This document shows positions 13,570 to 28,234 of a stretch of DNA of 64,000 nt, one piece after another. Within the stretch, counting starts at the first letter, position 1. The number at the start of each line of letters is the position of its first letter. The notes below the pieces were generated by a model. That model was not told the origin of the DNA and made no database searches. It saw nothing but the letters and a program-made list of their open reading frames with translations. Made by a program: the position numbers and the translations under genes. Location of the stretch: assembly GCF_009914755.1 (NCBI RefSeq), contig NC_060925.1, one strand, 5' to 3'. This DNA comes from the human T2T-CHM13v2.0 reference genome, Homo sapiens.

Positions 13570-14150
13570 GCTTCAATCAACATTTTTTTCAGTACCTATT
13601 ATGATGGATACTAGGACAGAAACTGTGAGGGAGAGATTGATAAGACATAGTTGACAAGTTGTCCTAAGCTGACAATCCTAAAATAAATACACATAACTAA
13701 TCATTTTAATGGTATACAATAGCAGTGAGGTGCAAAGTGCAAGGTTAAGCCCTTTCAGAAAGTGAAAGCATTCAAAAAGCCTTCAAAAAAGCAGTGACAT
13801 CTGAATTGGGTCCCAAAGCACAAGGGAAATATATACCACGTGAAAACACTGCAGTGCATTCCAGGATTAGCAAGAAGTTTGCGGAGGTCGTTTTGTCACA
13901 TGACTGGAGGGCACATCAGTGCCAGGCGGAAAAGGGCACCGAAAGGCACATTAATAAAGTCAAACACCTCCTCTGGGACTGGGGAAGTTGAGAAAGAGCC
14001 TAACAGAGGTAAGGAAGAAGACGGATCAGATTTACGCTTTCGAATTATCACTCTGGTGGCAGGTGGAGGACAGAGCAGAGGGCAGGACTGGAAGCAGACA
14101 GACCAAATTCACAGTCAAATGCGACAAGATGAGGGCCTGGCCTGGTTTTA
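13570..14150 (-). mobile_element. L2 LINE fragment (degenerate)
   Basis: Reverse-complement L2 3' end-like start followed by purine-rich L2-type sequence. Confidence 0.45.
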
Positions 14151-17100
14151 AATCCAAGGACAAAAATATCATTCATTCACTCTTTCATTCTTTCTCTTAT
14201 CTGAATCCCCAGTGGTACCTAAAATAGAGCTGGTCTAAAGATGATGATTAATGAATGTTAAATTATTGATACTACTTCTAAGAAGATGTAACTGCCAGCT
14301 ACAGAACCATCCAAAAGGACTGCAAACCCAGTAATTCATTTCATCCCAACCTGACTGATCTCTCTGATGTCTGCACTGCTGTGTCACTAGACTGCCTGAT
14401 TGTCCTAGGTTGAGACATTTAGCTACTGAGCCCCAGGGATGGGTGGCTGCTTCTAAGCTGCTGCCTAATTCCCTCATTACTAAATGTTGAAGCTGCTTCC
14501 TTAGAGGACTGCTAAACCATAACTCAAAAATATTTTAAACATGCTACTATTTACTTAGATTAGAATATTTACTTAAATATTTTAAAAATTACAGTATTTT
14601 AAGTCTTTTATCTCTTCTGACTACTACCACTAACCCTGCTTCCCCTCATTTTTCCAGAGATTAGCACTACTGTGATTTAAGGATAGAGCTCTCCAGACTT
14701 AAAAAAAAAATGCTTTTATATCCAGATATATGTAACCACTGAAAAATACACATTATTTTTCAGCATTTTTTACATAAACATTATCGTCCCTTTCATTGAG
14801 TTATGATCCTCAGTTTTCCTCCTCAAAGTTTTTGAGATCAAATATAGTTCCCATTTTTCCTCTTTATATAGCTGCACAGTATTCCATCATAGGATTACAC
14901 CACATTTTATTTATTCCAATATTAATGAATATTTAGGTTATTTATACTTTTTTTTTCTATAACCAACAAGCCCATGCCTTCTACTGCTTATCCTTTCCCC
15001 ACCTGAATTTGTACAATCCCCAGCTTCTCTTATCCATGACCATTGAAACCCCAGGGAAGACCTTATCACTTTCAGGATGTCCATGGCTATTTCACCCTAT
15101 GCCATGGTTGGAACCAGGAAAGCCCAAAAGACCCCACTTCCCGCCCTTCTATTCTGCTCCTCCTCTCCTATCGCTCATTTCTTTGACTCCATCCTCCACT
15201 CCTCCCAGAAAAGGTAGGGATAGCACCTGAGTCCTGCCACCCTCTCACCTGCATTCCCCCTCACTCTCATGCGAAAGACAGCACAGAAGCAGCATCCAAA
15301 AAGAAAGGCAGCGAGGGAGCCCTGCAGCCTGCCCTAGGCCAGCCATGCCCACAGCCACAGGAATAGACACTTTTTTCAGCCCAACCTAGAATCAAGGCAG
15401 CATCTAATAGAAATGCTTATAAGTAAATATAAGTGCTAGTATTTGCCTTCTATTTTCTAGAGGGGAAAAAAATTAAAAGGCAAGATCAGATTACTTGCCT
15501 GTAAATGTTCTCCCTGTAATTACTCTGACCGCTCTTTCTTTCCGTCCGGTTTTGGAGATAACAGAAATAGGCTGAGTGTTGGGCATTTTTTTTTAAAGAG
15601 GGCAGCTTCGTGGCAACACTCCCTCTGAGAAGTCCAGAGGCTCAGTGAACCGCAGCTTAGAGTGAGTTCCAGTAAAAGGACCATCACTCGAACCAGTAAG
15701 TGCCTCATTCCTTCTCACAGCATACATTTCACAGCAATTACTGTTGCTATTATTTTACGCTTCATTTCTGGACCTAGGATACCCCAGTTTCTCCAGACTC
15801 TCAGTCTGGTCCCCAGATTTTCAGTCTGGGAGAAAGGTGTCTGCTGGATTTCAAACAGTCCCTCTACTGGCCGCCACCACCACCCTCTCCTAAAGAGGAC
15901 TGGAATAACTTCCACAGCTCCTGCCACACTCAGCACTGCCTGCACCTCCTCCTGGAGCTGGCAGGGCCCCAGCAGTGCGCCTCTCAATGCTCTCACAGCT
16001 TCAGGAAGAGGACTGCTAAGCCCAGGGCCCTGCTGACAACAGGCCGGGAGCGCATCTGCAGGCAGCGTCAGGATGTCAGCTACCAGGCAGCAGAGGGATG
16101 CGGGGCGCCAACAGCAAAAGCACTTGGGGGGCTTTTTCAAGTGGCATCAGAACTAGACCTGGATACAAAGGGGTGGCCCTGGCTTCAGGAAGCCCATGAT
16201 AAGTCAGTCTGCTGTGTCCTTCAACACAGTGTCCCCACCTTCTGTCTCCCAACACTAGGCCATGGAGACACAAAACTAGAAAATGGGGCTGCCTAGCTAG
16301 GAATGCCCAGGCAGTGAATTGGGGTCTCCAAAGGAACCTCAGAGCCGTGTCCTACTCAGAGCAGCCCCTTCAGCTCTTCACCCTGGAAAGCACTCCGGTA
16401 CAAAACAGGAATATTCCTCTTCTCCTGACTCTGCCCAAGGCACTGCTGTGACCCTCTCAGCAGTGGAAGCACTAGCCAATGTGCCATCCTCTTGGATGAT
16501 AGCTGGATAATCGCAATAAGCAGAGCCCCAATAACTAGCTCCAGTGTGTGGGCAGAAGTGGAGAGGATGGAGAAAGGATACAAAAAGACACTGTGGGATT
16601 TCAGGGCAACCCATGAGTGAGGATCACAGCACAGCTATGCCTTGCAAGGACCAGAACTGGAAAACCTTTGTGACTTAGACCACCCTCCTCAGGACAGCTC
16701 CCGCCACTCTTCAGGGACAAAGTTCCTTTACTCAGCCATAGTTTCTGTGCTCCAAATACTCAGCTTACACATGCCTGTTGCTGCTGCACTCCCCACTGTG
16801 GTTCTCAGCGCAAATTCCCCAGAAAGCAATCTGACTGGCTGGGAGACTTTTTTTTTTAACCAGGCCCCCAGAGTTGTAGATTTTGGGGTCATTTACAATG
16901 TGCATTTCCCCAACACACTCAGATCTAGGTGACCTTGACCAGATGGGCATCTGTATTCCATTACCCAGCATATAACCACTTTGGGCAACAGGGACTGTGA
17001 AGGGCCCCCAAACCATTCCCCACCAAGAGTGTGGGTGGCAGGCACCCTGAAATATGTCTAGCATACTCATAAAGCATGAACATCTACACGTAACTAAAAA

Positions 17101-18636
17101 TAAATACTGAGAGCACTGACACTGCTTCTGGGGGTTTTCCCAAGCACGTGTTACGTATGATAATAATGGATGGCCGCTCCTTCCCCCTCAGCTTTGACTT
17201 TCATTGCTGGTGGCTCAGGCTCCTGTGCTTGGCTCTCATCAGTGGGTAGCCCTGGATTGGACATTTTCCCTATTCAATTCAAGGACCATGTTCTTGAGCA
17301 TAACTATGACCAGGCAGTAGGCAGTGGGCCCTGCTCATTCTTTCTAGGGAGGCACAGATAAGCCAGCATCACAGATGCAAAAATAACAGAACTGTGGAAG
17401 TAGAGACTAATTCTGCAGCAGCCCAGAGAAGACAACTGGGAAACAGGGCCCTCGCAGATACACAAGACCAAGCTGGAGAGTTCAGGGACTTCCAAAAGAA
17501 GGTACAAGAATGAGCACTATACCATAGGGGGGTGGGTCACAAAAGCAGGAAAAGGTCCCCAAACAAAGAATCCATCAGTCAATTACAGCACTCTCCCCAT
17601 GTGGTGAAATAGTATGCAACCATTTAAAAACTGCAGAGAACAATATTTATGAACACCTAAAAATGCTGAAAGCACACTACTAAGTAAAAGGGGAGAAAGG
17701 CTATAAAAGGATTTGAAAGTATTTTCGTAAAGATAAACACCCACACACCTCTATATATGTGTGGAAAAAGGACTGGGCTAGTATATTTAAAAAACGCTAA
17801 AGGGAGGTGGGGTAATAAGGGATTGTTTTTTCTTTGCACTTTGTGTTTTCTAAGTATTCCATAGTCTGAATGAATTAGCTTCATAATTAGGACCAACAGT
17901 CATAAGCAATTTCTCAGACCACCTGCCTCATAAAACCCAAAAAAAGAAGTCAGAGAGGGGTGAATATTTTGGTACAGATGAATTCAGGTTGTGTAAGTGG
18001 AGAGGAGGGAGGTGGCCAAGGAGCCTGAAGTGGGGGAGGGGGGCTGATGTGAAATAGGGAATGGGTGGCGAGAAAATGATTGCAAAATTGGCTGGAGCCA
18101 GCCTGGTCAGGTCAACTTTGCAGGTGTGTGAAGTGTCAAATGGTTAATCAGTTGCCCTCTATTTGAGCTACTTAATGCACAAGGGCCTGGTTGAACAGGT
18201 TTGACCTCATTTACTTTTTCTTAAAGCTGTTTAGCCGCTTTCCTAAAAACTCCTATTTTCTGAGTTATTAAACTTTCCATTCCATGTTGATCCCTTCCAA
18301 GCCTTCTAACGCATCTCTTCTCTTGCTTCTTCCAATTGGATGCCTTCATGAGGCATTAACAGAGACTGTGAGCCCTGATGAAAATCATCCTTTCAGGGTA
18401 CAAGGAAGGCACCTGAATGACAGATGGTTTGAGGAATCTTGAGAAAGCAGAAGTTTAGGCATTAACATGCAGGCTGTCGCTGACTTACACAGAGCCAAGG
18501 ACGTGACATACAGCATGGGGCCATTTCTAAATCCCCACTGAAGGCAAGGGTCCTGGAGGGAATGGGATTTGGAACAAGATTTGGGCTTTGAACATTCGCT
18601 ACAGGCTCTGACAAAGCAGTGATGGTTCAAAAGCCT

Positions 18637-18651
18637 CTGCCCCCTGGTGGC
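18637..18651 (-). promoter_or_regulatory. Consensus CTCF motif
   Basis: Minus strand GCCACCAGGGGGCAG is a full match to the CTCF core CCASYAGRKGGCRS. Confidence 0.6.
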
Positions 18652-19021
18652 AAGCCCTGCCCAGATGCTGTTAAGGGGCTCTCCAGGCACGCCCTCCTAA
18701 TTAGGGGCAAGATCAGAGAAGCCTCTTTGGAAGAAGACAAAAGGCACAATGAGATGTAGTCTCCTGAAGTAGAGGCTTTCTCTCTGGTTATCACCTGAAA
18801 CAGGAAATAAGGACTGAGTGCCTGCTGAATTCCAGGTACTAGCCAAATCTGCAGCAAACTAGCATTTCCAAAGGTGTCTTCTTACTTTAATCTCACAGCC
18901 ACCCTGTGAGGGAAGTGTACATTCCCCATTTTACTGATGAGATGAGCAAACTGAGGCTCGGAAAAATTGTCAGTGGGATACAGAGTTGGCATCCAAACCC
19001 ACAATCTCTGACTCTAAGCTT

Positions 19022-20130
19022 CTGTTTCATTCATTCCAAAAATATATATGGTGTCTCCTCTTTGCTGGACACTGTACTGGGCTGATGAGCTACAAGACCC
19101 AATCTTTACAGTCTAGGAGGCAGAGATAGATAAGTAAACAGAGGCGGCAAAGCGTGGCACTGTGAAAGATGCACTGAGCTAGGTGTTCCATGGGCGTCAG
19201 GAAAGGCTTCACACAAGAGAGGTGGCTTGTGCCCAGTTTTAATTAGGATGAGTAGGTATTTCTGCTAGATCATGGTGGGGTGGGGAGGACTTGACATAGG
19301 ACCTCAGCAGAGAGCAGCTCGAATCTATGCAGAGCTGCATGAGGAGCTGGAGGTCCAGAGTACTGCAGCAGTTTGACATTGATGGGTGGTAGGGTCCATG
19401 AAAGTAGAGGAAGACCAAGAGGAAGCAGCAGACAGGGGCCAGGCCAGGGCAGGGATAGGGTGCTCTACTAAAGAGCATGGGCTTGGCCGGGCATGGTGGC
19501 TCACGCCTGTAATCCCAGCACTTTGGGAGGCCGAGGCGGGTGGATCATGAGGTCAGGAGATCGAGACCATCCTGGCTAACACAGTGAAACCCCGTCTCTA
19601 CTAAAAATACAAAAAATTAGCCGGGAGCGGTGGCGGGCTCCTGTAGTCCCAGCTACTTGAGAGGCTGAGGCAGAGAATGGCGTGAACCCAGGAGGCGGAG
19701 CTTGCAGTGAGCCGAGATCGCACCACTGCACTCCAGCCTGGGCGACAGAGCCAGACGCTGTCTCAAAAAAAAAAAAAAAAAAAAAAAAGAGCATGGGCTT
19801 TGAACTATGAGCAGTGGAGAGCCACTGGGGGTGTAAATAAGGAAACAGATATTCCAAATCCTGCCTTGGGAAGATTGTTCTGGCAGAAGTGATGGGAAAG
19901 GGGCCCTGGCAGAAGATTCCTTCATGGTCCTGCGGTGATCCAGGTGAGAGCTGCTGAGGACCCCAACCAAATCAGATCACTGGACCTCCACTGGGAGTGA
20001 AAGGGGGTGGTCTGGCCAGAGAGATAGTAAAGAGATGTAGTTAACAGGCAAGAGAATGTGGGGATATCCAGGTAGCTGTCCACAATTCCCAGGTCTTAGG
20101 CAACTACTGGGGAGAAGTTGATGAGGTCAT
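19022..20130 (-). mobile_element. L2 LINE fragment interrupted by AluY
   Basis: ttcattcattcc start (L2 3' end, reverse), then gaaaggcttcac...ggagagccactgg...atccaggtgagag L2-like motifs. Confidence 0.55.
19485..19786 (+). mobile_element. AluY, full length
   Basis: Diagnostics GAGATCGAGACCATCCTGGCTAACAC and GAATGGCGTGAACCC..GAGGCGGAGCTTGCAG; pure A-tail; TSD AAGAGCATGGGCTT at 19471-19484 and 19787-19800. Confidence 0.95.
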
Positions 20131-23074
20131 CACTGGACAGAGAATCTATTCCCTGGGCCCAACCAACTCTCTAGACCATCCTGCCATGTGCCTCTGAGAA
20201 GTGATCTTCCCCAGCCAGCCCACAGGAGGACATAGGGAGCAAAGGTCAACAGTCACTCAGCTGATGGATGGCAAGCATTCAGATGGGAGGTGCCTCCAAA
20301 GGCCATGATAACCCATGGATCGATTTGAGAAAGATGCCAGAAAACAGTTAATTCAAGGCCACTTTAAAATACCTGGCATTCAATCCTCCTCAACGTCTCC
20401 ATCAACTGCAGACCCTATAACTCCCAAATAAGCTCCACTCGCCACAAAGTTCAAGACACAGAAACGGTCACTGAGAGCAGAGCCTATTCCTGAAAAGCAA
20501 AAGACTCCAAACTTGCACAACTCAACCAGTGAAGGGCTGGGGAAGACTGACAAGTTCACTAAGAAATGAGAGGAAGGACAAACAAGATGTTCAAATTAGA
20601 AAATGATTCCATTAATGAGGGCTCTGATGATATAGTTGTGGAGGTTATCAGTTTGCCAGAGCTGCAGATTTAAAATACTTGCATGGTAATCGAAACCAGA
20701 AAATGCTGACCATCCCCCAAAACCTCCCACCCCACCTAGTGCTGATAACAGGAGTTATCAGTTGCTTTTTGTGCACAGCCAGATGAGATATGGATCTGTG
20801 GGGGGAAGAAGGGGTGGGCGTGCTAGCATCTCTCAGCTAGACTGTCATTGGATGGTGACATTCCCCAGGACTCAAGCAGCATCTGAGAAGCCACTTTCAA
20901 CATAACTATGGAACAGCTAACCACACAACACAGCATACTGAATGAGAAGCCTCGCAGGCAGAGAAGAAAGCAAACCTGGAAGGCAACAAATGGACACGTG
21001 CGTGCTGAAGGACTCGTGTTTAATTCTTCCCAGTAATCCTTTTTCAGGCATATATTTTTGTCTCCTCAAACTTAAGAAAAGCATTAAAGGAAATCCATGC
21101 TCTGGAGGGGAGAAAGAGAGGCTGTACTCATTAACTCAGAGCTGACCTCGTCTGGCAGGATTAACTAGCCATACCTGTCCAGCCCACAGAGCCTGGCCTG
21201 GAGCATGAGGGAGAACCACAGCCAACTCCAGAAAAATAAAAGGCTGCAGCGAGAAACAAGTGGGGCCACAGAGAGAAAGGGGTTTTGAAAAAGTTCTAAA
21301 TCTCCATGGCTAGGGACAGTGACATCAGTGTGTTTACCAAGCATTTGATTTACTTGCTCAGGCAAAATTCCAGAAGAGACACTGGGACCTGTGTGGAGAG
21401 TTTCTTCACTGCAGCTATCCTGCCAGGCTCATTGTAAAGTGACGAATTTTGTGGACACTTACAGAGAAAAAAATAGCTTCAAATGCTATATAGACCAATG
21501 CTGCACGCTGCAGAGACACAGTCTTTGGGTTCTGTGAGCTGTATTTGGGCTTTATGCAGAGTTCAGCTGCCATCTGTCCCTTTGAAGGCCAGCTAAGAAG
21601 TTGGTCCCAGCCTGGGCATGGTACCACTGTCCTACATTCCAGCCATTTGGGATGTCCTGGGTTCAACCATTCCCACCCACTGCCGGATCAAGCACTTCCC
21701 ACCTCCTGCTCTGGGAAATCAGATCTCAGTAGGTCATCAACCATTCCAGGAAGTCCAGCAGAGTTGGTTTTGGTTTGGGGGTGTTTTTTGAGTTGGGTGG
21801 AAGAAGAGACCTTACATAATCTTTTAACTTTTTCTCTAAGGCTGATTCCCTATAAGCAAAATTTTAAAATTTTTTTTAAAGAAGAAAAACACCTAGACAA
21901 TCCTTAAAATCCCCTTTCAGCTCCAAGACTGTGTAATTCTGTGATACCAGTATTGAAAGCCCCTGCATTTCCCTAACTATATATTCCCCTATGCCATGGA
22001 AAGGTGCATGTAAGTGAGAGAACAAAAAATTTCACAATCATGGGGACCTCTTCTTTCAGCTTTGGAGCCCCCTTCCCTCTGTCTCTGTATGGGGCAGCTT
22101 TTTCCTTCTGTCTTCTCCCTTCCTTCTTGTCTACTAAACTCTCTGTGCCTTAGAACCAAAAATAAAAAATAAAAATTCAAAATCATGATCTTAGGGGTGA
22201 AAGAACACTGAGAAACCATAGAAAGCAAAAATGAAAAGCCAACATAGAAAAAGTCTGACTTGAATTAGAAGCAGCACTTAAAATTACAGGTTCAGAAAAA
22301 GCTTGAACAGAATCCAGGGCTGAGGTCAGCCCTGAGTCTGTAGGCTCTGCCCTCTCACAAAGGTGAGTAGATGGGTCTGGAGAGGGCTGTTCATGCTATG
22401 GAAGGGCCTCTATGCCATCGAGGCTAAAACCAAAGCAGGAGCAAATCAGCCCTGCTAATGTGTACAGTCAGCATCAAAGAGGTAACAATGGTAGAGAATA
22501 TTTTCTGAAAGACACACATGAAACCAGTAACGGTGATGGTCTCTGGAAGAATTAGGTCAGAAGCAGACTTAATTTGCACTGTGTACATCCTTCGGTATCC
22601 TTTTTAATTGAACACATGTGAATGCATTACCTATTCGAAAAACAAATGAGTAAAAACACATGCCACGACAAGGCAAAATGAGGAGACAGTATAAAAAAGA
22701 CAAGGATAATTTTAAATTTCTCCTAATAAAACGCTGTTTAAAAATCTAAGAGGAAAAAAGGGTAGGCTCCAGCTAGCGGAGAGAACAACTAAAAAACAAG
22801 AGCCACGTGTTCCCATGGTCCTGGCCAACCCCACTTCTTTCCCATCCTCACTCGTTCACATCTGCCTTGGAGCACCCACAGCAAGCCTGGCTTCATGCCC
22901 AGAACATCACCTGGCTTTCCTCCTCTCTCCCTGCCCACATCTCCTCAGTCACTCGCTGCCTCCTCTCTTGCTTCTCTCCCAGTTCTCAGTTTGCCCATCA
23001 AATCTCAGGTGGCACTCTCCATTCCCTGCTATGAGGGAGTTCATTTGTTCATGCAATTTCCCCACCTGAGACAA

Positions 23075-23597
23075 AATGTATTTCCCAAAGTTGGCTTGCA
23101 ATGACATCTCCCGTGCCTGCTCTGCTTACCCATGGCTTTGACACTCCTTCCATCGAGAGGGCAGAACCTGTGTTTCCTCTCCCTGAATCTAGGTGGGCTA
23201 CAGCTCTGGTAGAAGTGACACTCTGTGACCTTAAGGCTAGGTCACAAACAGGGAACGCAGCTTCTGCCAGCTCTCCTGGGACACACATTTGGAGCCTGAG
23301 CTGCGGTGTAAGCCATCTGCCTGCTCCGAGCCCGCCACACTATAAGGAAGCCCAAGCTACCCCACAGGAGAGACAAGGTGAAGAGAATGAGATGCCAGTC
23401 TCCACTGCTCCAGTTGTCTAGTGTCCCAGCCCCAACCACCATCTGACTGTAACCCCATGAAAGACTGAGCCAGAACCACGAGCCCAGCCCTTCCTGATGT
23501 TGACATACAGACTTCATGAAAGAGAATAAACTAATTTTTGCTTTAAGCCACTATGATTCGGGATGATCTGTTATGCAGCACTGGATAACTGCAACAC
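23075..23597 (+). mobile_element. MLT1 (G/H-like) MaLR LTR
   Basis: gaagtgacactctgtgaccttaaggctaggtca...aataaa...tttaagccacta...tgttatgcagca..gataactgcaaca. Confidence 0.7.
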
Positions 23598-26500
23598 CTG
23601 CTTCTAAACAGTAGAATCCCAAATGTCTAGGCCCCATCTGTAACTTACTTCATGTTCCTATTCTCACTGATTTTTTGCCACTGAGCTTGACCAAGCCCTT
23701 GAGTCACCAATTCCAGATATCTGTTTAAACAAATTCACTGTGACGGTCCACACTGTCTATTCCTCCAAAACAATCCCTGTTATAGTTGGCCTTCCCCAGT
23801 TCTCTTCCTGGCATAGAGTAGTCCGTGCCCTTCTCTCATTTCTTAATATGACCCTCACCCATGGAGTGTTCCTAGATTCTGCTCATTCATAATACTTCTT
23901 CACCCACCCTAACCTCTCCCTCCTGTAGCCACAGATTGTCCACTTTTCCAGGCCTCTGCACTGGAGGCTGCATCAGCCACCTCCCAGTACATCATCCTTT
24001 CCAATGCCCTACAACACGGGGCAGACAGGACTCTTTTTTGCTGCACATCCAGGCTGTTTAAGAAAAGGCTTAAGGCAGCTTAAGCACAAAGAATGTCATC
24101 TTCAAACATTGTAATGGCATCTTCTTTTTGGGACACTGAAGTATTCCCATGATTCCAAGAATCAAATGAACAACATCTGGTTATGGGGTCTCTGGTCTCT
24201 GCCAAGGCAAACTCATAAAGCATTTCAAAGCCCTTCATCTGGAAAGGCCTTTTCTCCACCCCACACCCAGCCAATGCCCACTCATACTTTAAGGCCCAGC
24301 TCATCCGTCATCTCTGCTAGGGAACCTTCCTCAGTGCCTTATGCAGGCAACCATTCCTGCCTTGTGTTGTGTGAGTGCCTTAAGTCAAATCCTTAACTCA
24401 TCTTTGTGTGTCCCCTTGCATTTCAGACAGTAGGTGCCCAATAAGTGTTTGTGGGATGAATCAACCGGTTATTCTCCTGAACACCCTTTCCCAGTACACC
24501 TCCACTCGCCAGAACAACTGTCTTCCTCACAGGTGCCAGCCATCACCCCGACCACACCCTCTCAAAAGGCCTTTGCCAGTCATCAAACAAAGCCTCTTGT
24601 CTCCTGAGAGCCGCTCCACAATCACCTTCCCAAGAAGAATTCCCCATACCGAGTCTACCATTCCTTCCCTGATCAAAGTTGCTTTCACAGGCATCTGTTC
24701 AGCTATCCACTCTTCACGGCTTGGTTTTCATGCACTCTGAGTTGGCCCTATCTCCCCTTTTTGGCCTCAAGCACATCACGAGGAAGGCTGGTGACAACCT
24801 TTCCTGAGCTTAGGACAGTTTTCATGCAAACTGGTTCTTCCAGGTTCTTATGCCTGGAAGAACTGCTGCTCTCCAATAGCATGAAGTAGACAATGATGTT
24901 CTTAGCATCCAGTCTTAAAACTAGAAAAAGTATTGGCACTGCTGGATCCCCAGCTCCTAGAATGGTGTGTGGCACCTGAACAGACCTCAAAAATATTAGT
25001 TGAGTGGAGGAAAGAATGAACAGTCATCTGGCCCAGACTTGGAGAAGCTGTGATCTGTCTAGCCCTTCTACACCAGGAGCGAGGCCTGAAAAGCTGCATG
25101 ACTCACCCAAGGTCACGAGCAAGCCAGTGAAGAGGGGCTGGAACCCTGTCTTTTGCCTCGAAGCACAGGGCCCTCCTTCTGTCCCACCCAGCTTTCTCAC
25201 CACCCACCCCACCCCTTCCACACTCCAAAGACAGCATCTCCGCGAGAAGTGTTGGGCAGTGTCCAGGAGTGTTTTTCTTCCTGGCTTTAAAACAAATTGT
25301 GACAAATGGCTCCACAGATCTACCGGGCCATGGAGCTGAGCAGATGGGACTGCAATTCACACTATTAACTCAAATTCTACTTGACATTCTTTCAAATCAG
25401 GGCATTTTATCTAGAAATTATAAAAAATTGTTGGGGGAGTACATTTGTAAGGAAGTTTGCCAGCAGATTCATTTACAAATCGACTTGTTCCTGGCCACCC
25501 TCACTGATCACAGACTTTTACTCACGCTCCCTTACTCTCTCCCATCAACGAGTCCAGCGCATGCAGAGAGTGATGGAATCTTGAGGCCCACTGGTCTAAC
25601 CACTCACCTAAGCTTGACTCCCCTGTGCCTGTGGACATCCTGCGTGCAGATAGATGCACATTCCCACTAATGGCAGCCAGGGGAAAGCACTATTCGAAAG
25701 TTCTTCTTTACTTTGAACTGAAATTGGGCTCAGGGGTCCTGGATACAGGACAACCCCAATCTCTTATTTATTCAATGGACAACAGGTGAGCACATACTAG
25801 GCCTGGACACTGATGTAGGTAGGCACTAAAGCTTCAGAGAGATGCAGATGAACAATCTTTACCCTGAAGGAGCTCATGTTCTATGGGTTCATTTCCTTTC
25901 CCTGTGTCTTACAAACAGGTTCCAGTTTGTTTCCGTCCTTCAGAGTGTACTGCCTAGAACTGCATGCTTTTCTCCACAAGTGGCCTGACCAGCTTGTGGA
26001 CAAGGATGAAGCAAGCAGACGACCTTCTTTCAGTGCAGACAAGATGGCTGTTTAGAGGCCACATCACATGGCAGACACCTGCCAACTAAAACCCTCCATC
26101 CTTCCCACGGCCTCCCCCTCCTACACTTTGCAGCTGGATTCAAAACCTTGCATTCACCCTTGTTCCATCAACAGGGCCAGACCATCAGTCTATCTCATCC
26201 AGACTGTTTTTTATCTTACTTGCCAACCTACACACTTGCTGTTCCTTCTTGCCTTAAAGTCATACAGATGACTTTCGATGATTCAGATGAGTGTGACCTC
26301 TACTTTCACCAAACACAACAGTCAATTCAGAAAGGTCAAGGACAGAACCCTCCAGCATGCTAATGAAGCCAAAGAAGTCTGAAAACAATACTTGGCCACA
26401 CTGTTTTCCTGCTTAGGGATGGGGACTGCTCTTGTCCTGCCTATAAGTATATCGGATCGCTCTCCTTCTTGCTGGCATCCACAGTAACTATACTCAATAA

Positions 26501-28234
26501 ACACACCAACTTTGATGCCAAATCCCATGCCATCCCACACATCTTAAAAATAAACCAAAAATGTGTTATTCCAGCTACCCTCACTCTTTTTGTGGTTTCC
26601 TGCAGTCTAACTAGCTACAAATCTCAAAGCCAAAGATTGTAGCTCCCTCTCTTTTGTTCTTTCATCAAGCCAGGGACTCCTGCTCCTCTCTCCCTAGTCT
26701 CTCCTGTGTCACTGCCACTTGTCAACTGCCTAATCCAGCCACGCTGTTCTTCAATTTTAAAGGTCTTCAGCATATTTTAAAATTAGTCTCCTACTGCTAC
26801 TCTTTTCCCTACTCTTGCCAGTCCACTCAGTAAACTACTGCCATACAGGTCTCCCACAGCAGTTTCTCACCAGATAAACAAATGGCCAGAGATTCCACTT
26901 TGCCAATCACATCAAGTCCAAACTCCGTGTCTTGGTATCCAAGGCTTCAAAAGTCTGGCCCCATTCCACCTACTCAGTCTGACACCCACCACTCCCTCCA
27001 AACATCCCCGGTACGTCTTACTGGATTTTGCCATTTCCCCCAAGTCGACCAGGAGTCATTCACACCTAAAGGCTATGCTTACATCGTTTTCCATCTCTTG
27101 TGTTGGTGAGCTAAAAACAAGATGGAAAAGAAAAGAGAAGAGGAAGAGAGAAAAAGAGAAAGGGAAGAAATGGGGAAAACAGCAATAGGACCAGCTAACT
27201 CCTACAGCAGAGTCTTGCCAGGCCCTCCCCTAATTGCTCTATATGTGTTACAATGTTTAACCCTCACAACTACAACAGGAGGTGGGTACCATTCCATCCC
27301 CACCTGCAGATGAGTATGGCACCCCAAGGTTAAGTATCTGCCCAGGGTCACGTGCAAAGTCTGCATGCATGCTGAACCATTCCAGCTGCGCCACTGCCCA
27401 GGAAAAAAGTCACAGGTAGGAAGACAAGCATAGAATTAAGAACAAAGCAACTAACTGTACCAGGTGCTATGGAAGGGTGGTCAGCCTGGAAAATCAGGAG
27501 GGCATTCCTTGGGAGACTGCCACAATCAGAGTCTGGGAGTATGCAGGAGCCTGGCAGGCAGCCCAGGGACAGGTGAGGCACAGGCACTCATTCCCTTCCA
27601 TGTGAGAAGTCAGGGCACGTGCAAAGCCAAGGCCAGAGGACAAAGGTGAGCTCGCCAATAGGGCCAATACTGGGTCTGGCTGGAAGGGGAGGGTGGACAG
27701 AGATGGGTACTAAGAAGTGAAGATGGACAGGCAGGACCAGGTCTTAAAGGGTTTGTGTCTTGCTAAAGATGGACCCTTAATTCCGTGAAACATCTATTCA
27801 ACCACTCCTCATTTTCTACCTAAATTCTACTGTGCCTTTGCAAAGCCCAGCTCAAGTCCTTTTTCCTTTCAGGCCTGTCCTCCCTACTCCTAAGCAAACC
27901 ACAGGTGTGGAGACAGGTCCCAACCACCTGCAGATGACAGAAGGAAGCTGCATCTGGGATCAGTCTACACAGAGGCAAGAAGGGATCCTCCTCCTCTGCC
28001 TTCTCCTTTCATGCTCTTCTTACCTTCTCTCAAAAAGAAAGAAAATACAGTGCCATTGCTTCTTCCCTAAGCTTGTTAAGTCAAAGCAAGTCAAAGCATT
28101 AGAGCTTCATTACTTGGCTTTTTCTAGCTATAAGTGTCTGGAAAATATCAGGAGTCACTGGCCTCTAGGAATCCATTAAGTTAAAGGAGCTCCATGATCT
28201 ACTATCATAAGATGACAAAGAAAATATGCACTTT

